DNA of 64,000 bases from the human T2T-CHM13v2.0 reference genome, Homo sapiens (GCF_009914755.1 NC_060929.1), one strand, 5' to 3'. Positions 13,570 to 27,700 are shown, numbered from the stretch's first letter. Numbers and translations: made by a program. Notes: generated from the sequence alone by a model not told the origin.

Positions 13570-16036
13570 AATTTTTTTTTAAATTTTTACTTCCATGGAT
13601 TATTGCAGAACAAGTGGTATTTGGTTATATGAGTAAGTTCTTTAGTGGTGATTTATGAGATTTTGGTGCACCCATCACCTGAGCAGTAAACACTACACCA
13701 AATTTGTAGTCTTTTTATCCCTGACTCCCTTCCCACCCTTTTCCCCTTGAGTCCCCAAAGTCCATCGTGTCATTCTTATGCCTTTGCATCTTCATAGCTT
13801 AGCTCCCACTTATGAGTGAGAACATATGATGTTTGATTTTCCATTCCTGAGTTACTTCACTTAGAATAATAGTCTCCACTCATGGACACAGGAAGGGGAA
13901 CATCACACACCGGGGACTGTTGTGGGGTGGGGGGAGGGGGGAGGGATACCATTAGGAGATATAACTAATGCTAAATGACGAGTTAATGGGTGCAGCACAC
14001 CAACATGGCCCATGCATACATATGTAACAAACCTGCACGTTGTGCACATGTACCCTAAAACTTAAAGTATAATAATAACAAAATTAAAAAAAAAAGAATA
14101 ATAGTCTCCACTCTCATCCAGGTGGCTACAAATGCTATTAATTCATTCCTTTTTATGGCTGAATAGTATTCCATCGCATATATATATACCACCTTTTTTT
14201 ATCCACTCGTTGATTGATGGGCATTTGTGTTGGTTCCACATTTTTGCAGTTGCAAGTTGTGCTGCTATAAACATGGGTGTGCATGTGCATGTATCTTTTT
14301 CATATAATGACATCTTTTCCTCTGGGTAGATACCCAGTAGCAGGATTGCTGGATCAAATGATAGTTCAACCTTTAGTTCTTTAAGGAATCTCCATACTGT
14401 TTTCCATAGTGGTTGTACCAGTTTATATTCCCATCAGCAGTGTAGAAGTGTTCCCTGTTCACTGCATCCATACCAACATCTAATATTTTTTGATTCTTTG
14501 ATTATGGCCATTCTTGCAGGAGTAAGGTGGTATTGCATTGTGGTTTTGATTTGCATGTCCCCAATCATTAGTGATGTTGAGGTTTTTTCATATGTTTTTT
14601 AGCCATTTGTATATCTTCTTTTGAGAATTGTCAATTCATGCCTTAGCCCACTTTTGGATGGGATTTTTTTTTCTTGTTGATTTGCTTTTATTGCATTTGC
14701 TTTTGGGTTCTTGGTCATGAAATCCTTGCCTAAGCCAATGCCTAGAAGGGTTTTTCTGATGTTATCTTTAAGAATTTTTATAGTTTCAGGTCTTAGATTT
14801 AAGTCCTTAATCCATCTTGAGTTGATTTTTGTATAAGGTGAGAGGTGAGGAGCCAGTTTCATTCTCTTACATGTGGCTTGCCAATTATCCCAGAACCATT
14901 TGTTGAATAGGGTGTCCTTTCCCCACTTTAGGTTCTTGTTTGCTTTGTCAAAGATCATTTGGCTGTAAGTATTTAGGTTTATTTCTGGTTCTTTGTTATG
15001 TTCTATTGGTCTATGTGCCTATTTTTATACCAATACCATTCTGTTTTAGTGACTATGGCCTTATAGTATAGTTTAAAATCAGGTAATGTGATGCCTCCAG
15101 ATTTATTCCCTTTGCTTAGTCTTGCTTTGGCTATGTGGGCTCTTTTTTGGTTCCATATGAATTTTAAGATTGTTTTTTCTAGTTCTGTGAAGAATGATGG
15201 TGGTATTTTCATGGGAATTGCATTGAATTTGTAGATTGCTTTTGGTGGTATGGTGATTTTCACAATATTGATTCTACCCATCCATGGGCATGGGATGTGT
15301 TTCCATTTGTTTATGTCATCTATGATTTCTTTCAGTAGTGTTTTGTAGTTTTCCTTGTAGAGGTCTTTCACCTCCTTGTTTATGTATATTCTTAAGTATT
15401 TTAGTTTCTTGCAGCTATTGTAAAAGGGGTTGAGTTCTTGGCTTGATTCTCAGCTTGGTAGTTGTTGGTGTATAGGAGAGCCACTGATTTGTGTACATTA
15501 ATTTTGTATCCAGAAACTTTGCTGAATTCTTTTATCAGTTCTAGGAGTTTTTTGGAGGAGACTTTAGGGTTCTCTAGGTATACAATCATATCATTTGCAA
15601 ACAGTGACAGTTTGACTTCCTCTTTACCAATTTGGATGCCCTTTATTTCTTTCTCTTGTCTGATTACTCTGGCTAGGACTTCCAGTACTATGTTGAACAG
15701 AAGTGGTGAGAGTGGGCGTTCTTGTCTTTTCCAGTTCTCAGTGGAAATGCTTTCAACTTTTCGCTATTCAGTATTAGGTTGGCTGTGGGTTTGTTACAGA
15801 TGGCTTTTATTACATGGAGCCATATCCCTTGTATGCCAATTTTGCTGAGAGTTTTAATCATAAGAGGATGTTGGATTCTGTCAAATGCTTTTTCTGTGTC
15901 TATTGAGATGATCATGTGATTTTTGTTTCTAATTCTGTTTATATGGTATATCACATTTATTGAATTGCGTATGTTAAACCATCTCTGCATCCTTGTTATG
16001 AAACCCACTTGATCATGGTGGATTATCTTTCTGATA
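13570..16036 (-). mobile_element. 5'-truncated L1PB1-like element nested in the older L1
   Basis: 3' end gagtaagttctttagtggtgattt...gagattttggtgcacccatcacc; ORF2 RT/C-terminal peptides ([25 protein letters not shown]); TSD caacata(t/c)gtt(a/g)tttt at 13432-13447 and 16037-16052. Confidence 0.92.
13881..14094 (+). mobile_element. Young L1PA2/3-like 3' fragment nested antisense in the L1PB
   Basis: G-rich tract, ctaaatgacgagttaatgggtgcagcacacc, ccctaaaacttaaagtataataataa; perfect TSD agaataatagtctccact at 13863-13880 and 14095-14112. Confidence 0.96.
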
Positions 16037-19000
16037 CAACATACGTTGTTTTCTGACTTTTTAGTAATAGCCATTTTGACATGTGTAAGATGGTATCTCA
16101 TTGTGATTTTGATTTGCATTTCTCTAATGATTAGTGATGTTGAGCATTTTTTCATATGCTTGTTGACCATGTGTATGTCTTCCTTTCAGAAGTGTCTGTT
16201 CATGTCATTTACACGTTTTTTATTAGGGGGAAGTGGGAATGGTTAATGGGTACAAAAAATTGAAAGGAATGAATAAGACATACTTTTTGATAACAAAACA
16301 GCATTGTTTGTTTTTTGCTTGTTGATTTAAGTTCCTTATAGATTCTGGATATTAGACCTTTGTTGGATACATAGTTGGCAGATATTTTCTCCCATTCTGT
16401 AGGTTGGCTGTTTACTCTGTTGACAGTTTCTTTTTAGTTTACTGGGTTCCAGTTGTCAATTTTTATCTTTGTTGCAATTGCTTTTGGAGATGTTATCATA
16501 AAATCTTTGCCAAGGTCTATGTCCAGAATGATATGTCCTAGGTTTTCTTGTGGGTATTTATAGTTTTATATCTTACATTTAAGTCTTTGATTCATCTTCA
16601 ATTGGGTCTTATATATGGTGAAATGAAGGGGTCCAGTTTCAATCTTCTGCATAAGGCTAGCCAGTTATCCCAGCATCATTTATTCAACAGGAGGTCCTTT
16701 CCACATTACTTGTATTGTAGACTTTGTCAAAGATTAGATGGTTGTATGCGTGCAGCTTTCCTTTTGGGTTCTCTTACCTGTTCCATTGGTCTACATGTCC
16801 GTTTTTCTACCAGTACCTTGCTGTTTTGGTTCCTGTAGCCTTGGAGTATAGTTTGAAATGGGGAAGTGCGATGCTTCTGGCTTTGCTCTTTTTGCTTAGG
16901 ATTACTTTGGTTATTTAGACTCTTTTTTGGTTCCATATAAATTTTAGAATAGTTTTTTCTAATTCTGTGAAAAATGGTGTTTGTAGTTTGATAGGAATAA
17001 CATTGAATCTGTAAATTGCTTTGGGCAGTATGAACATTTAAACAATGTTGATTCTTCCTATCCATAAGCATGGAATATTTTTTTCATTTGTTTGTGTTAT
17101 CTCTGATTGCTTTCAGCAAGGTTTCATAATTCTAACTGTAGAGGTCTTTCACCTTCCTGATTACCTGTATTCCTAGGCATTATATTCTTTTTGTGGCTAT
17201 TGTGAATGAGATTGTGTTCTTGATTTGGCTCATAGCTTGGACATTATTGGTATACAGAAATGCTGATTTTTGTATATTGATTTTGTATTTTGAGACTTTA
17301 CTGAAGTTGCTTATCAGTTCTAGGAGCCTTTGGACAGAGACTATCGGGTTTTGTAGGTATAGAGTCATATTGTCTGTGAAGAAAGATAGTTTGATTTCCT
17401 CTCTCCCTATTTAGATGTCTTTTATTTCTTTCTCTTGCCTGATTACTCTGGCTAGGACTTCCAATACTAAGTTGAATAGGAGTGGTGACAGTGGGCATCC
17501 TTGTCTTTTTCTGATTCTCAAGGGGGATACTTCCAACTTTTGCCTGTTCAGTATGATGTTTGCTGTGGGTTTGTCATAGATGGCTCTTATTATTTTAAAT
17601 AAGTTCCTTTGAAGGGTTTTATAGCATGAATGAATATTTAATTTTATCAAAAGCCTTTTGTGTGTCTATTGAGAAGATCATGAAGTTTTTGTTTTTAATT
17701 CTACTTATGTGATGATAAATCACATTTATTGATTTGTGTATGTTTAATCAATCTTGCATTCCCAGAATTAATAATACTTGATCATGGCAGATTGATTTTT
17801 TGATGTGCTATTGGATTCAAGTTGCTAGTATTTTGTTGATGGTTTTTGCGTCTATGTTCATCAGTGATATTGGCCTAAAGTTTTCTTTTTTCATTATGTG
17901 TCTACCAGATTTGGTATCAAAATGATGCTGGTGCCAAAGAATGAGTTAGAGAGGAGTTTTTCCTCCTCATTTTAAAAAGTAATTACAGTAGGATTGGTAT
18001 CAGTTCTTATTTATATGTCTGGTAGAATTTGGCTGTTCATCTATCTGGTCTATGGCTTTTTCTGATTCACTGGTGGAACTCATTATTGATCATTCAGGTA
18101 TTCATTTTCTTTTTGTTCAATCTTTGGAGGTTGTATGTTTCCAGGAATTTACTTATTTCTTCTAGGTTTTCTAGTTTACGTGCATAAAGGTGTTCATAAT
18201 AGTCTCTGAGGGTTTTTTGTATTTCTCTGGGGTCAGTGGTAATGTCAACTTTGTCATTTCTGATTGTGTTTATTTGGATCTTCTTTTTTTTTCTTTATTA
18301 ATCTAGCTAGTGATCTATAGGTCTCTTTTATTCTTTCAAGAAACCAATTTTGGTTTTCTTAATCTTTTGCATGGATTTTTGCATTTCAATTTCATTCAGT
18401 TTAGCTCTGATTTTGCTTATTTCTTTTCTTTTGCTAGCTCCAGCGTTGTTTTGCTCTTCTTTTTCTAGCTCCTCTAGCTGTGATATTAGGTTGTTAATTT
18501 GAGACATTTCTAACTTCTTGATGTAGGTGTTTAGTGCTATAAACTATTCTTTTAGCCATGCTTTAGCAGAGTCCTAGAGATTCTGGTATGTTGTATTTTT
18601 GTTTTTACTAGTTTCAAAGAATTTTTTGATTTCTGCCTTAATTTTATTTTTTTACTCAAAAGTCATTCAGGAGAAGGTTGTTTAATTTCCATGTAATTAT
18701 ATGGGTTTGAGAGAACTTTTTGGTGTTGATATCTATGTTTATTGTGCTGTGGTCTGAGACTATGCTTGGTATGATTTTGTTTTTTTGGAATTTCTTGAGA
18801 ATTGCTTTATGGCCAAGCATGTGGTCAATCTTAGAGTATGTGTCATGTGCAGATGAGAAGAATGCATATTCTATTGTTGTTGGGTGGAGTATGCTGTAGA
18901 TGTCTCCTAGGTCTATTTGATCAAGTGTCAAGTTTAGGTCCCGAATATCTTCATTAGTTTTCTGTCTCAATGATCTATCTAACAATGTCAGTGGAGTGTT

Positions 19001-20914
19001 GAAGTCTCCAACTATTATTGTGTAGTTAAGTTTCTTCTTAAGTCTCTAAGAACTTGTTTTATGAATCTGGGTGCTCCAGTGTTGGGTGCATATATATTTA
19101 GTATAGTTAAGTCTTCTTGTTGAATTGACCCCCTTATCATTATAATGCCCTTCTTTGTCCATTTTGATCATTGTTAGTTTAAAGTGTTTTTTTTTTTGTC
19201 TGAAATAAGAATAGCAATCTCTTCTCTTTTTTGTTTTCTGTTTGCTTGATAGATCTTTCTCCATCTCTCTACTTTGAGCCTATGGGTGTCACTGCATATG
19301 AGATGAGTCTCTTGAAGACAGCATACAGTTGGGTCTTGCTTCTTTATCCAACTTGTCACTCAGTGTCTTTAAGTGGAGCATTTAGCCCATTAACATTCAA
19401 AATTAATATTTATATTTCAGGATTTGACCCTGTCGTTGTGTTGTTAGCTGGTTGTTACGTCTACTTGACTATATAGTTGCATTATAGTGTCAGTGGACTA
19501 TGTACTTAAGGGTATTTTTGTGGTGGCAGATACTAGTCTTTTATGTCCATGTTTAGTACTCTGTTAAGGACCTCTAGCTCATGTCTAGTGGTAACAAATT
19601 CCCTTAGCATTTGTTTGTCTGAAAAGGATTTTATTTCTCCTCTTATGAAGCTTACTTTGGCTCTATATGAAATTCTCAGTTGGAATTTTTTTCTTTAAGG
19701 ATGCTGAATATAGGCCCTCAGTCTCCTATGTCTTGCAAGGTTTCTGTTGAAAGGTCCACCATTAGCCTGATGGAATTCCCTTTGTATCTGACCTACCCCT
19801 TCTCTCAAGCTGCTTTTAAGATTCTTTCTTTCACAATGACTTTGGAGAATCTGATGACTATATGTCTTGGGGATGGTCATCCTGTATAGCATCTCACTGG
19901 GGTTCTCTGAATTTCCTGAATTTTCATGTCAACTTCTCTATGTTGGGAAAATTTTTATGGACAATATCCTCAAATATGTTTTCCAAGTTGCTTGCTCTCT
20001 TTGTCTTTCAGAAATGCTAATGAGTCATAAATTTGGTCTCTTTATATTATCTCATATTTCTTGAAGGTTTTGTTCATTTTTTAAAAATTTTTTCCCTTTA
20101 TTTTTGTGTGCCTGTGTTGATTGGAAGGAGTGATCTTTGAATGCTGAGATTCTTTCCTCAGCTTGGTATATTCTGTTACTAATGCTTCCAATTGCATTCT
20201 GAAATTCCTGTAGTGAATTTTTTATTTCCAAAAGTTTAGTTTGATTTTCATAAAATGGCTCTGTCATATTTATACTCTTGGACCATTTTACTGTGTTCTT
20301 GGGTTAGGTTTCAACCTTCTTCTGTAGGTCAATGAGCTTCCTTGCCATCCAGATTCCAAATTCTATGTCTGTTATTCCAGTCATTTCATTCTGGTTAAGA
20401 ACCATTGCTAGGGAGCTAGTGTGTTTACTTGTAGATAAGAAGACACTCTGGCTTTTAATTGCCAGAGTTCTTGCACTGGTTCTCATTTGTGTAGGCTGAT
20501 GTTCCTTCCTTTAATCTTTGAAGTTCCTGTCTTTTGAATGGGGCTTTTTGCTTTAATATTCTTTGCTGCCTTTGAATGTTTGACTGTGGTATAAGTTGGA
20601 TTTAGTTGATTGATTTCCTTTATGGTTGCTTTGAGGGGGCTAAGGCTCAGCTCAGCACTCCTGGGCTATGTGCTCTAACCCTGGGTGGCTGGGACCAGGC
20701 CCATTGCCTCTGTTCATTCTCAATGCCCTCTTTCTGAAAATCTGTACAGAGTGTGCTGGTTTACTTGATGGTCTGGTCTTTCTCTTGGTGGAAGAAGAAG
20801 CTCTTCCTGGCTGCACCTAGTTGGCAAGGTTGGCTCATTATCCACATGAATTTCTGATGCAAAACCTTGGTTCTTTTCTTTCTCTCTACCCCTTATTTTT
20901 CTCATTTTTTCCAA

Positions 20915-21930
20915 TATCATAGCTTTAAGTGCCATTTTTGTGCCAAACATATCCAAATTTAAACTCTTACCTAACCTCTCTCTTGAATTCCAGGCTGCCT
21001 AATTTACATCTGCATTTGGAGGTTTAATAGACATCACAAGCTTGACCTATTCCAAACCCAAACTACTAATGCTCCCCATCCCTCCCTCCCAAATCTCTCC
21101 TGCTCACAGACTTCCCCATCTCAACTGAAGGCATATCAATTCCAGTGTTTCAGGACAAAACCATAGAGTTATCTTTGACACTCTTTTTTTTTCTTACCTC
21201 TCTCACATCCTGTATTTAATCCATCACCAAATTGCATTGATAGTATTTCCAAACTATCCTGAGAATTCAACCATTTTTAATTACCCATATCTTACCCTAG
21301 CTGAGTCATCATCAATGGGATTCTTGGATTACTGCAATAGCATCCTCACTGGTCTATCTGCTTTCACTTTGCCCTTCATAGTCTATTCTCAACTCAGAAA
21401 CCAGAGTCATCCTTTAAAACACATCACATCTCTCAATCTTTACTCAAAACCCACCATTAGCTCCTCATTCCTCTTATAAGACTGCAATCCCTAAATAATC
21501 TGCCCCCACTTTGCCATTACCTCCCAACCTCATCTCCTCCTACTCCCACATTACTTCTGCCTTGGCCACATTGTTTCTGCCTTAGGACTGTTCCCTCTCC
21601 CTTGAATGCTCCTCCTGGAGATATCTGCACCTCTGTCACTTCCTTTGTTTGAACACTACCTTCTCAATAAAGCTTATTCCAATTAACATTGAAAATTGCA
21701 GCCCTCACCCCCACACCCTTGGCATTCTTATTCTCCTTTTCTTGCTATTTCTAAAAAAAAATTGTTTTCTTATTTATAACGTCTATCCTTTTTTGTTTAT
21801 CTCTCTCTACTAGAATGTGAGCTCTATGAGAGCAGGGGTCTTGTCTGTATGGTTCATTGATGTATCTCATGCTCCTATTACAGTGCCTGTGATGAACTAA
21901 ATAAATAGTTGTGAACTTTGTTGAAATAAA
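20915..21930 (+). mobile_element. L2 (L2a-like) 3' region
   Basis: ctagaatgtgagctctatgagagcaggg...cagtgcctg...aataaatagttg terminus. Confidence 0.8.
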
Positions 21931-23289
21931 GCCACAGACTACTTTTTGAGAAACAGAATTAAGCATCTCCTGCAAGATGTATTTATCACATCATCATGAT
22001 GGAGTTAGAATAAAATTCACATTAACTGGTATTATTGAATGTCAGAATTGTGTTCTCTGAACAAATCGTTTCTCTTTAATTTGTGACTTTGGGATCACAA
22101 AGTCTCTACTTCTTGTACAAAATTTCCTGCTAAAAGGTCAACTGACTTTTGATGGTTTAATGAAGCATTTTAATGTGTGGCCCACACAGACCTCTCTCAG
22201 GAATTGTCACCAGTACATTGTGTTACTTGGACCCCTCAAAACTAAGTTGTGGATATAAGGAAATACTTTGGGCCTTATTGTAAAATACTTTTCTGAACAA
22301 CTGAAATGTTCTAGAGTCTTACATTGTTTATGCTTCTACCCATGGAAAGGAATCAAGCAGCAAAGTAATTATTGATCACACAGTGTTTCTCGACTTATGC
22401 CTAAAGCTGAAGAAAACTGTCCTATTGAGAGAAACTTCTCAGAAAACAGTTTCATGCATCTTTGAAGATCAGTCATAGATGTTCCAAATATGTAATTGCA
22501 TCTGTATTTTAAATGATTGAATAATCAAATCATTACAATTTTCCAGGTGGCTTTTCTTTTCTATATGGTCCAGCTTGATTTTCTCTAAATAAATTGGCAA
22601 CATAAAAATAAAACCTACATTTAACTTTGCTCTATAGAGGCACAACTTCTGATTCCTTCCAGGATGTTTTGCAATGTGACAATTACTGGTTGGCAGGAAT
22701 CCTCTTCAGAAAGGACGATTGTACCTTTGCCACTTGGCATTTGAGCTTTGCAAAATGTCTATTGTGCCACATACTAATCGCGGCCTCTCTTGTCTCAGCA
22801 TTCTACATATTTCCTTCTTCTTTTTTTTTTTCATCTTTCAAGTCTGAGCTTCAGAGCCAACTTCTGTGACCTTTGTCCTCTTAATCCCATAGTTTCCTTT
22901 CCATCCTATGCTGTAATCATCTCAAGCTCTACCATCCTATGTTGCATGTATTCCTTGACTATTTTCTGTGGGGCCACTGCAACCATTTCTGTGCCAAATC
23001 CTGTTTCCTTTCTCTGTCCCTGTTTCGAGTGTAGTTATGGCACATAATTCTAAGTAGGCAATTGGCAATGAATTCTTTGATGGATGGATGGAAGGGAGGA
23101 GAGCACAATTGCAGGTTGGGCCATCAGCAAATACATTTTTATGCAGCTTGATTCATAGATATTAGATAACAGAGAACTATTCTGTTCCCTGTATAAGTTT
23201 ATGATGACCAGTGTACTCTTCCTTTCCTGGTCTACCCTTAAATGAGAAATGAGAGAAAAATTACATTTAATGAGATCTTCATTCAAAGA

Positions 23290-23410
23290 ATAAGTCATTT
23301 TAAACATAGATTAACTGAAGCTCAAGAAGTTAAAGAGTTTTTCTAGTCATACACAAATATTGAATCACTGACAAAAGTAGAACAGGATAAGTTTTGGCCT
23401 AGTACTCTAT
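23290..23410 (-). mobile_element. MIR fragment
   Basis: aactgaagctcaagaagttaa core. Confidence 0.5.
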
Positions 23411-23509
23411 GCAAGTTATTCTTCCTTATGTAGCATTATTAGAAAAATGTACCCTTAAAAGGAGAATTAGATAGGATTCAGTAACAACCCCCACTCCCAT
23501 CCCCACATT

Positions 23510-23690
23510 GGGTGCTAGGCACTGCATGAACATCATCTCATTTCACCCTACCAATCCCCTGTAGAAGACTGATGTTAAGAGAGACAAAGCAATGCACCCT
23601 AGGTCACATAGCTACCAAGGTCACATGCTACCAAAATGTGTAGACTTGGAATCCAACTTCAGGTTTTTCTGGCTCCAACCTGGGAGCCTT
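23510..23690 (-). mobile_element. MIR fragment with small tandem duplication
   Basis: ggtgctaggcact...aggtcacatagctaccaaggtcacatgctaccaa. Confidence 0.6.
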
Positions 23691-24099
23691 TCATAATAAT
23701 GTGTTTCTTCCATTAAATGGAGAAATCACCAAAGTCCTGGCTGTGAAAGAGCATGATTTGCATCACCAGTCACAAAAAAGAACAAAAGTTTCCTATGAGA
23801 TGCGAAAAACAGAAGAAGTATAATGACAGTTGTACAAAGACCATTGGCTAATTTAGCTAGTAACAACTCCAGCTTATCCATAGATGGACTTTTTGTTCTG
23901 GGGAAAAAATTATCTTTCAGCCTTGGGATGGAATTAATCGATTCCCTTTTCCTCTTCACAACTGCATCACACTTTTTGTCAATAGTATGAAAAAGAAAAC
24001 CATCCAGGAAGAATAGCAATATAACTTTTACTGTTTGAGCCTTTCTCCATGTCTGGCATCTAGTGTCTCGTAGCCAGTACCTCACTCAATCTGCCCATC

Positions 24100-24255
24100 A
24101 ACTCCAGGAAGTAAATACCCCATTTTATGGATGAGAAAACTGACAGTAAGTTCATTAGTCTAAGGTTCCACAGATAGCGCAGAGCAGCCCCTGGGTTTCA
24201 ACCATTTCCACCTGGCCCTGAAGTGCATTCTTTGAACCACTATACTTTATTGCCT
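24100..24255 (-). mobile_element. MIR fragment
   Basis: cccattttatggatgagaaaactga core. Confidence 0.6.
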
Positions 24256-24714
24256 CTACCTTGAAGTGGGCAGCTAAACGTAACCACAAAGGAGGGTCAC
24301 TTATAGATAGCTGGCATATTTAAACCAGTATCTATTAATCTTATGCAATTCCTATTTAGAAAGGGGGTGTAGGTTGTATGGAGTGTACGGCAGACTTTGT
24401 TTTGCACACATTTGGCAAGAGGAAAAAGTCTTAGACTTTACATTTATCTCTCCTGCAAATAAGAACTGTTCCTCTAGGGGAAGCCATCTTTTGAGGCAAG
24501 TAATATTTTAAAAGAAATCAATCTCCAAAAGGCAATTTATTGATTGAGGAGCTGAGCAAGGAGCAAAGGACCATTTCCACTTGATATCAGGGAAGGGATT
24601 ATTTCCCACCTCTCTGAGGACTCAATAATTCCTCTGAGATAACCTGTTTTGATTAAATAAACTGATGAATCCAGTCTCTAATCTCAATAGATATCATCCC
24701 TTGTTCTCTCTATC

Positions 24715-25110
24715 CATCCAATTATCCGGTATTTATTTAGCATATACTATGTGTTAGGCTCTGCATTAGGTCCCTAAGAGGAAGGAAAAGAAATGACTAA
24801 ACTTCCTTGGATTGTGTGCACATGAGGTTTACAGTCAAGTGAGGGAGTCCATTATTTAAGAATCACACTGACAAACACATATTAACAAATTGTGATGCCG
24901 ACCTCTAAAGCAAAAGACTAGTGTGATATGATATTGTGCAGGAACATAAACAGCCCTGGACTTGGGGTCAAGAAAGGCTTTTCTAGGGAAGTGAAGCTTG
25001 AGGTGAGTTGTGAACGTGGTAGAAGGGAAGTTACTCCATGTGGCCAGGATGGCAGGTGCAAAGGCCACATAGCAGGAGGCAGCATGGTGCATCTATGGAA
25101 CACAAAATAG
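24715..25110 (-). mobile_element. L2 3' fragment
   Basis: atttatttagcatatactatgtgttaggc...gtgcaaaggcc. Confidence 0.65.
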
Positions 25111-25969
25111 GAGATGAGAAGGATTCAGGCAACCTAAGCAGTCCTTGCTGCCCTCATTAAAGATTCTGGTCACCTTTCCCAGAGCCCTGCACAGGACTTG
25201 AAGATTTAACACAGGAGTCTGGAAGAAATAACATATACATACCTTTGTTCTGGGGCCCTCACGGACTTTATGTCTAAGATGATGGGGTTATGTCCTACCT
25301 CTGGGGTTTAGCTTGGGGGTCTGATAGAAGCTGTCTTTCCATTTGATTTAGTTTTCCCTACCTTTTTGGACCTTCAGGGAGCCAAAGACATGACTATATT
25401 CTTTTTTCTTTTACCGTATCACCAAAGCACTTGAGAATCCAGAAATAAGTTCAGACAATAATAACAGCAAAAATAGAAACTAATGCTTACTGGGACTTTA
25501 TTAGATTCTGATCAGCTTCTGTGTGAAGCATTTTGCATGAATTATCTTATTGCATCTACACAATAAACTTGGAACAAAGGAATTATCAAGGCATTGGTGT
25601 AGGATTCAGAAAGCTTAAACTGTGGCTAGTGAACACCGACACACACAAATTTACATTGTGGGCATCTGAGAAAAGCCTTTAAAGTGCTTGATCAGTTACT
25701 GCAGGGGTACTGAGAAATGGTTGGCTGTCGATGTTAATTATGCATATGGAAAGGGCTTTCTGAAGCCAGTAGGAACATCCACCCACAGAGCTTTCTCTTT
25801 TTGATGTCAGGGGCAGGTTCTATCCTACTCAGGGTGAGTGTGGAGCTCGCATATTAGGATGATCATAATGCTCAGCATTTGTACAGAACACGTTGTTTCC
25901 AAATGGCTTTGCATTCAATGATGAGGTCAGGGACCATCCTCTCTTGGGCAGTATGATTTGCTGCCTCCT

Positions 25970-26150
25970 CACCATTAGTCAGGCGTCTTGATTCAAAGAT
26001 AGAAAACCAGCCCAAATAAGTAAGGGGGAAAAGGGAATTAATTGGCTTATGTAACCAAAAGCTCAGGTGGAGTCAGGCACTAGGCTCAGCCTGTCCCACC
26101 TTACCAGCTTACCTTTCTAGTCTCATCCTCCATAACTCTTTTCTTTCTAT
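25970..26150. mobile_element. Degraded MLT1-type LTR fragment
   Basis: aagggaattaattggcttatgtaacc. Confidence 0.45.
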
Positions 26151-26184
26151 GTGACAGTTGAATTGAGCCTCCTCCCCGTTTTCA

Positions 26185-26760
<576 letters not shown>

Positions 26761-27509
26761 ATCCCCATATCTCAAGAAACTTTTTTCTTATTTTCACTTG
26801 GAAATTTTATGCATAGGTGTTGCCTATTTTGCTTGATGTTTTTAAAAATTTATTTCATCGACTTCTTTCAATACATATTAACCTATTAGCACCTTTTCTT
26901 TCCCACCCCTGATACCTTCAAAGGCCTGGTTGTTATAGAGGAGGAAGATAAAAGAGAAGAGGAGGAGAAAAGTTTTTGTAGGTTTAGAGAAATTAGAAAG
27001 TAGAATGATTTTCAGAGAAACACAGATCATGGTCCCTGGAGTCAGCTAGTCTGGCATAAAATAAGGCTAAAGCCTTTGCTTTCTGTTGTGGGAACTGAAT
27101 TCTTCTCTGTTTTACATCAGCATACTCCTCTGGGGTTGAAGCACTTCCTGTCAGCCAGCTCCAAATCAGCCATTCCTCTGGCCCAGACTCATTTCTGCTC
27201 TGATGGGAGACTTAATGGAACTTTGTGGAAGCTGTTCTAGCAGTATGCTTAATAGACAGCCTTATCAACAAAAAACATTTACGTGCAGTTTGGGTTTAAC
27301 GTATGTGCTGGATTAAAAATTTTTTTTACTGGTTGATGGGTCATGAAGCCTTCTACTTTTTGCTAAAGCTAAGGCCTATTTGTATAGACATTTCTTAATT
27401 GCAGGGCAATTAAGGCAGCTAAGGAATTCACAAACTATGTGACATAATCTGATATCAGAACAAGGATAATAAAATTAATCTTTCACATAATGGCAATATG
27501 AAAGGTCTT

Positions 27510-27700
27510 GCATGATATAGTGAAAAGATAATGCATCAGGAAAAATGCAGCATGTTGATTCCAATCAGTGTTATTTTATACTAGCAACACGATCTTGGGC
27601 AAGTAAGTTACTACTCTTTGAATCTCAATATCCTCATCTTCAAAATGGAGGCAATAATTCCTATCTCATGAAGTTCTTGTAAGAATAAGAAAGAGTGCCT
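27510..27700 (+). mobile_element. MIR
   Basis: gatcttgggcaagt...ctctttgaatctcaatatcctcatcttcaaaatgg. Confidence 0.7.

Larger units (their letters stand above)
12765..20715 (-). mobile_element. Old L1PA (L1PA13-16-like) host element: 3' end 12765-13447, body 16037-20715
   Basis: Minus-strand ORF2 peptides (FITALFTVIKTWNQSRCP; [13 protein letters not shown]; WIKKQDPTVCCLQETHL) and ORF1 peptides to about 20490; sequence is colinear across the nested insert. Confidence 0.92.

Noticed and set aside
14599-19892. Multiple ORFs with RT and endonuclease motifs
   Set aside because: Fragmented, frameshifted L1 ORF2/ORF1 remnants from two different dead elements; the 160-aa ORF at 15688-16170 is a chance fusion across the nesting junction.
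23601-23635. Short tandem duplications (also near 12527, 34308 and 60411)
   Set aside because: Ordinary 9-17 bp slippage events.
23726-24085. 119-aa ORF in unique sequence
   Set aside because: Non-ATG start, no recognisable domain, length within chance expectation.
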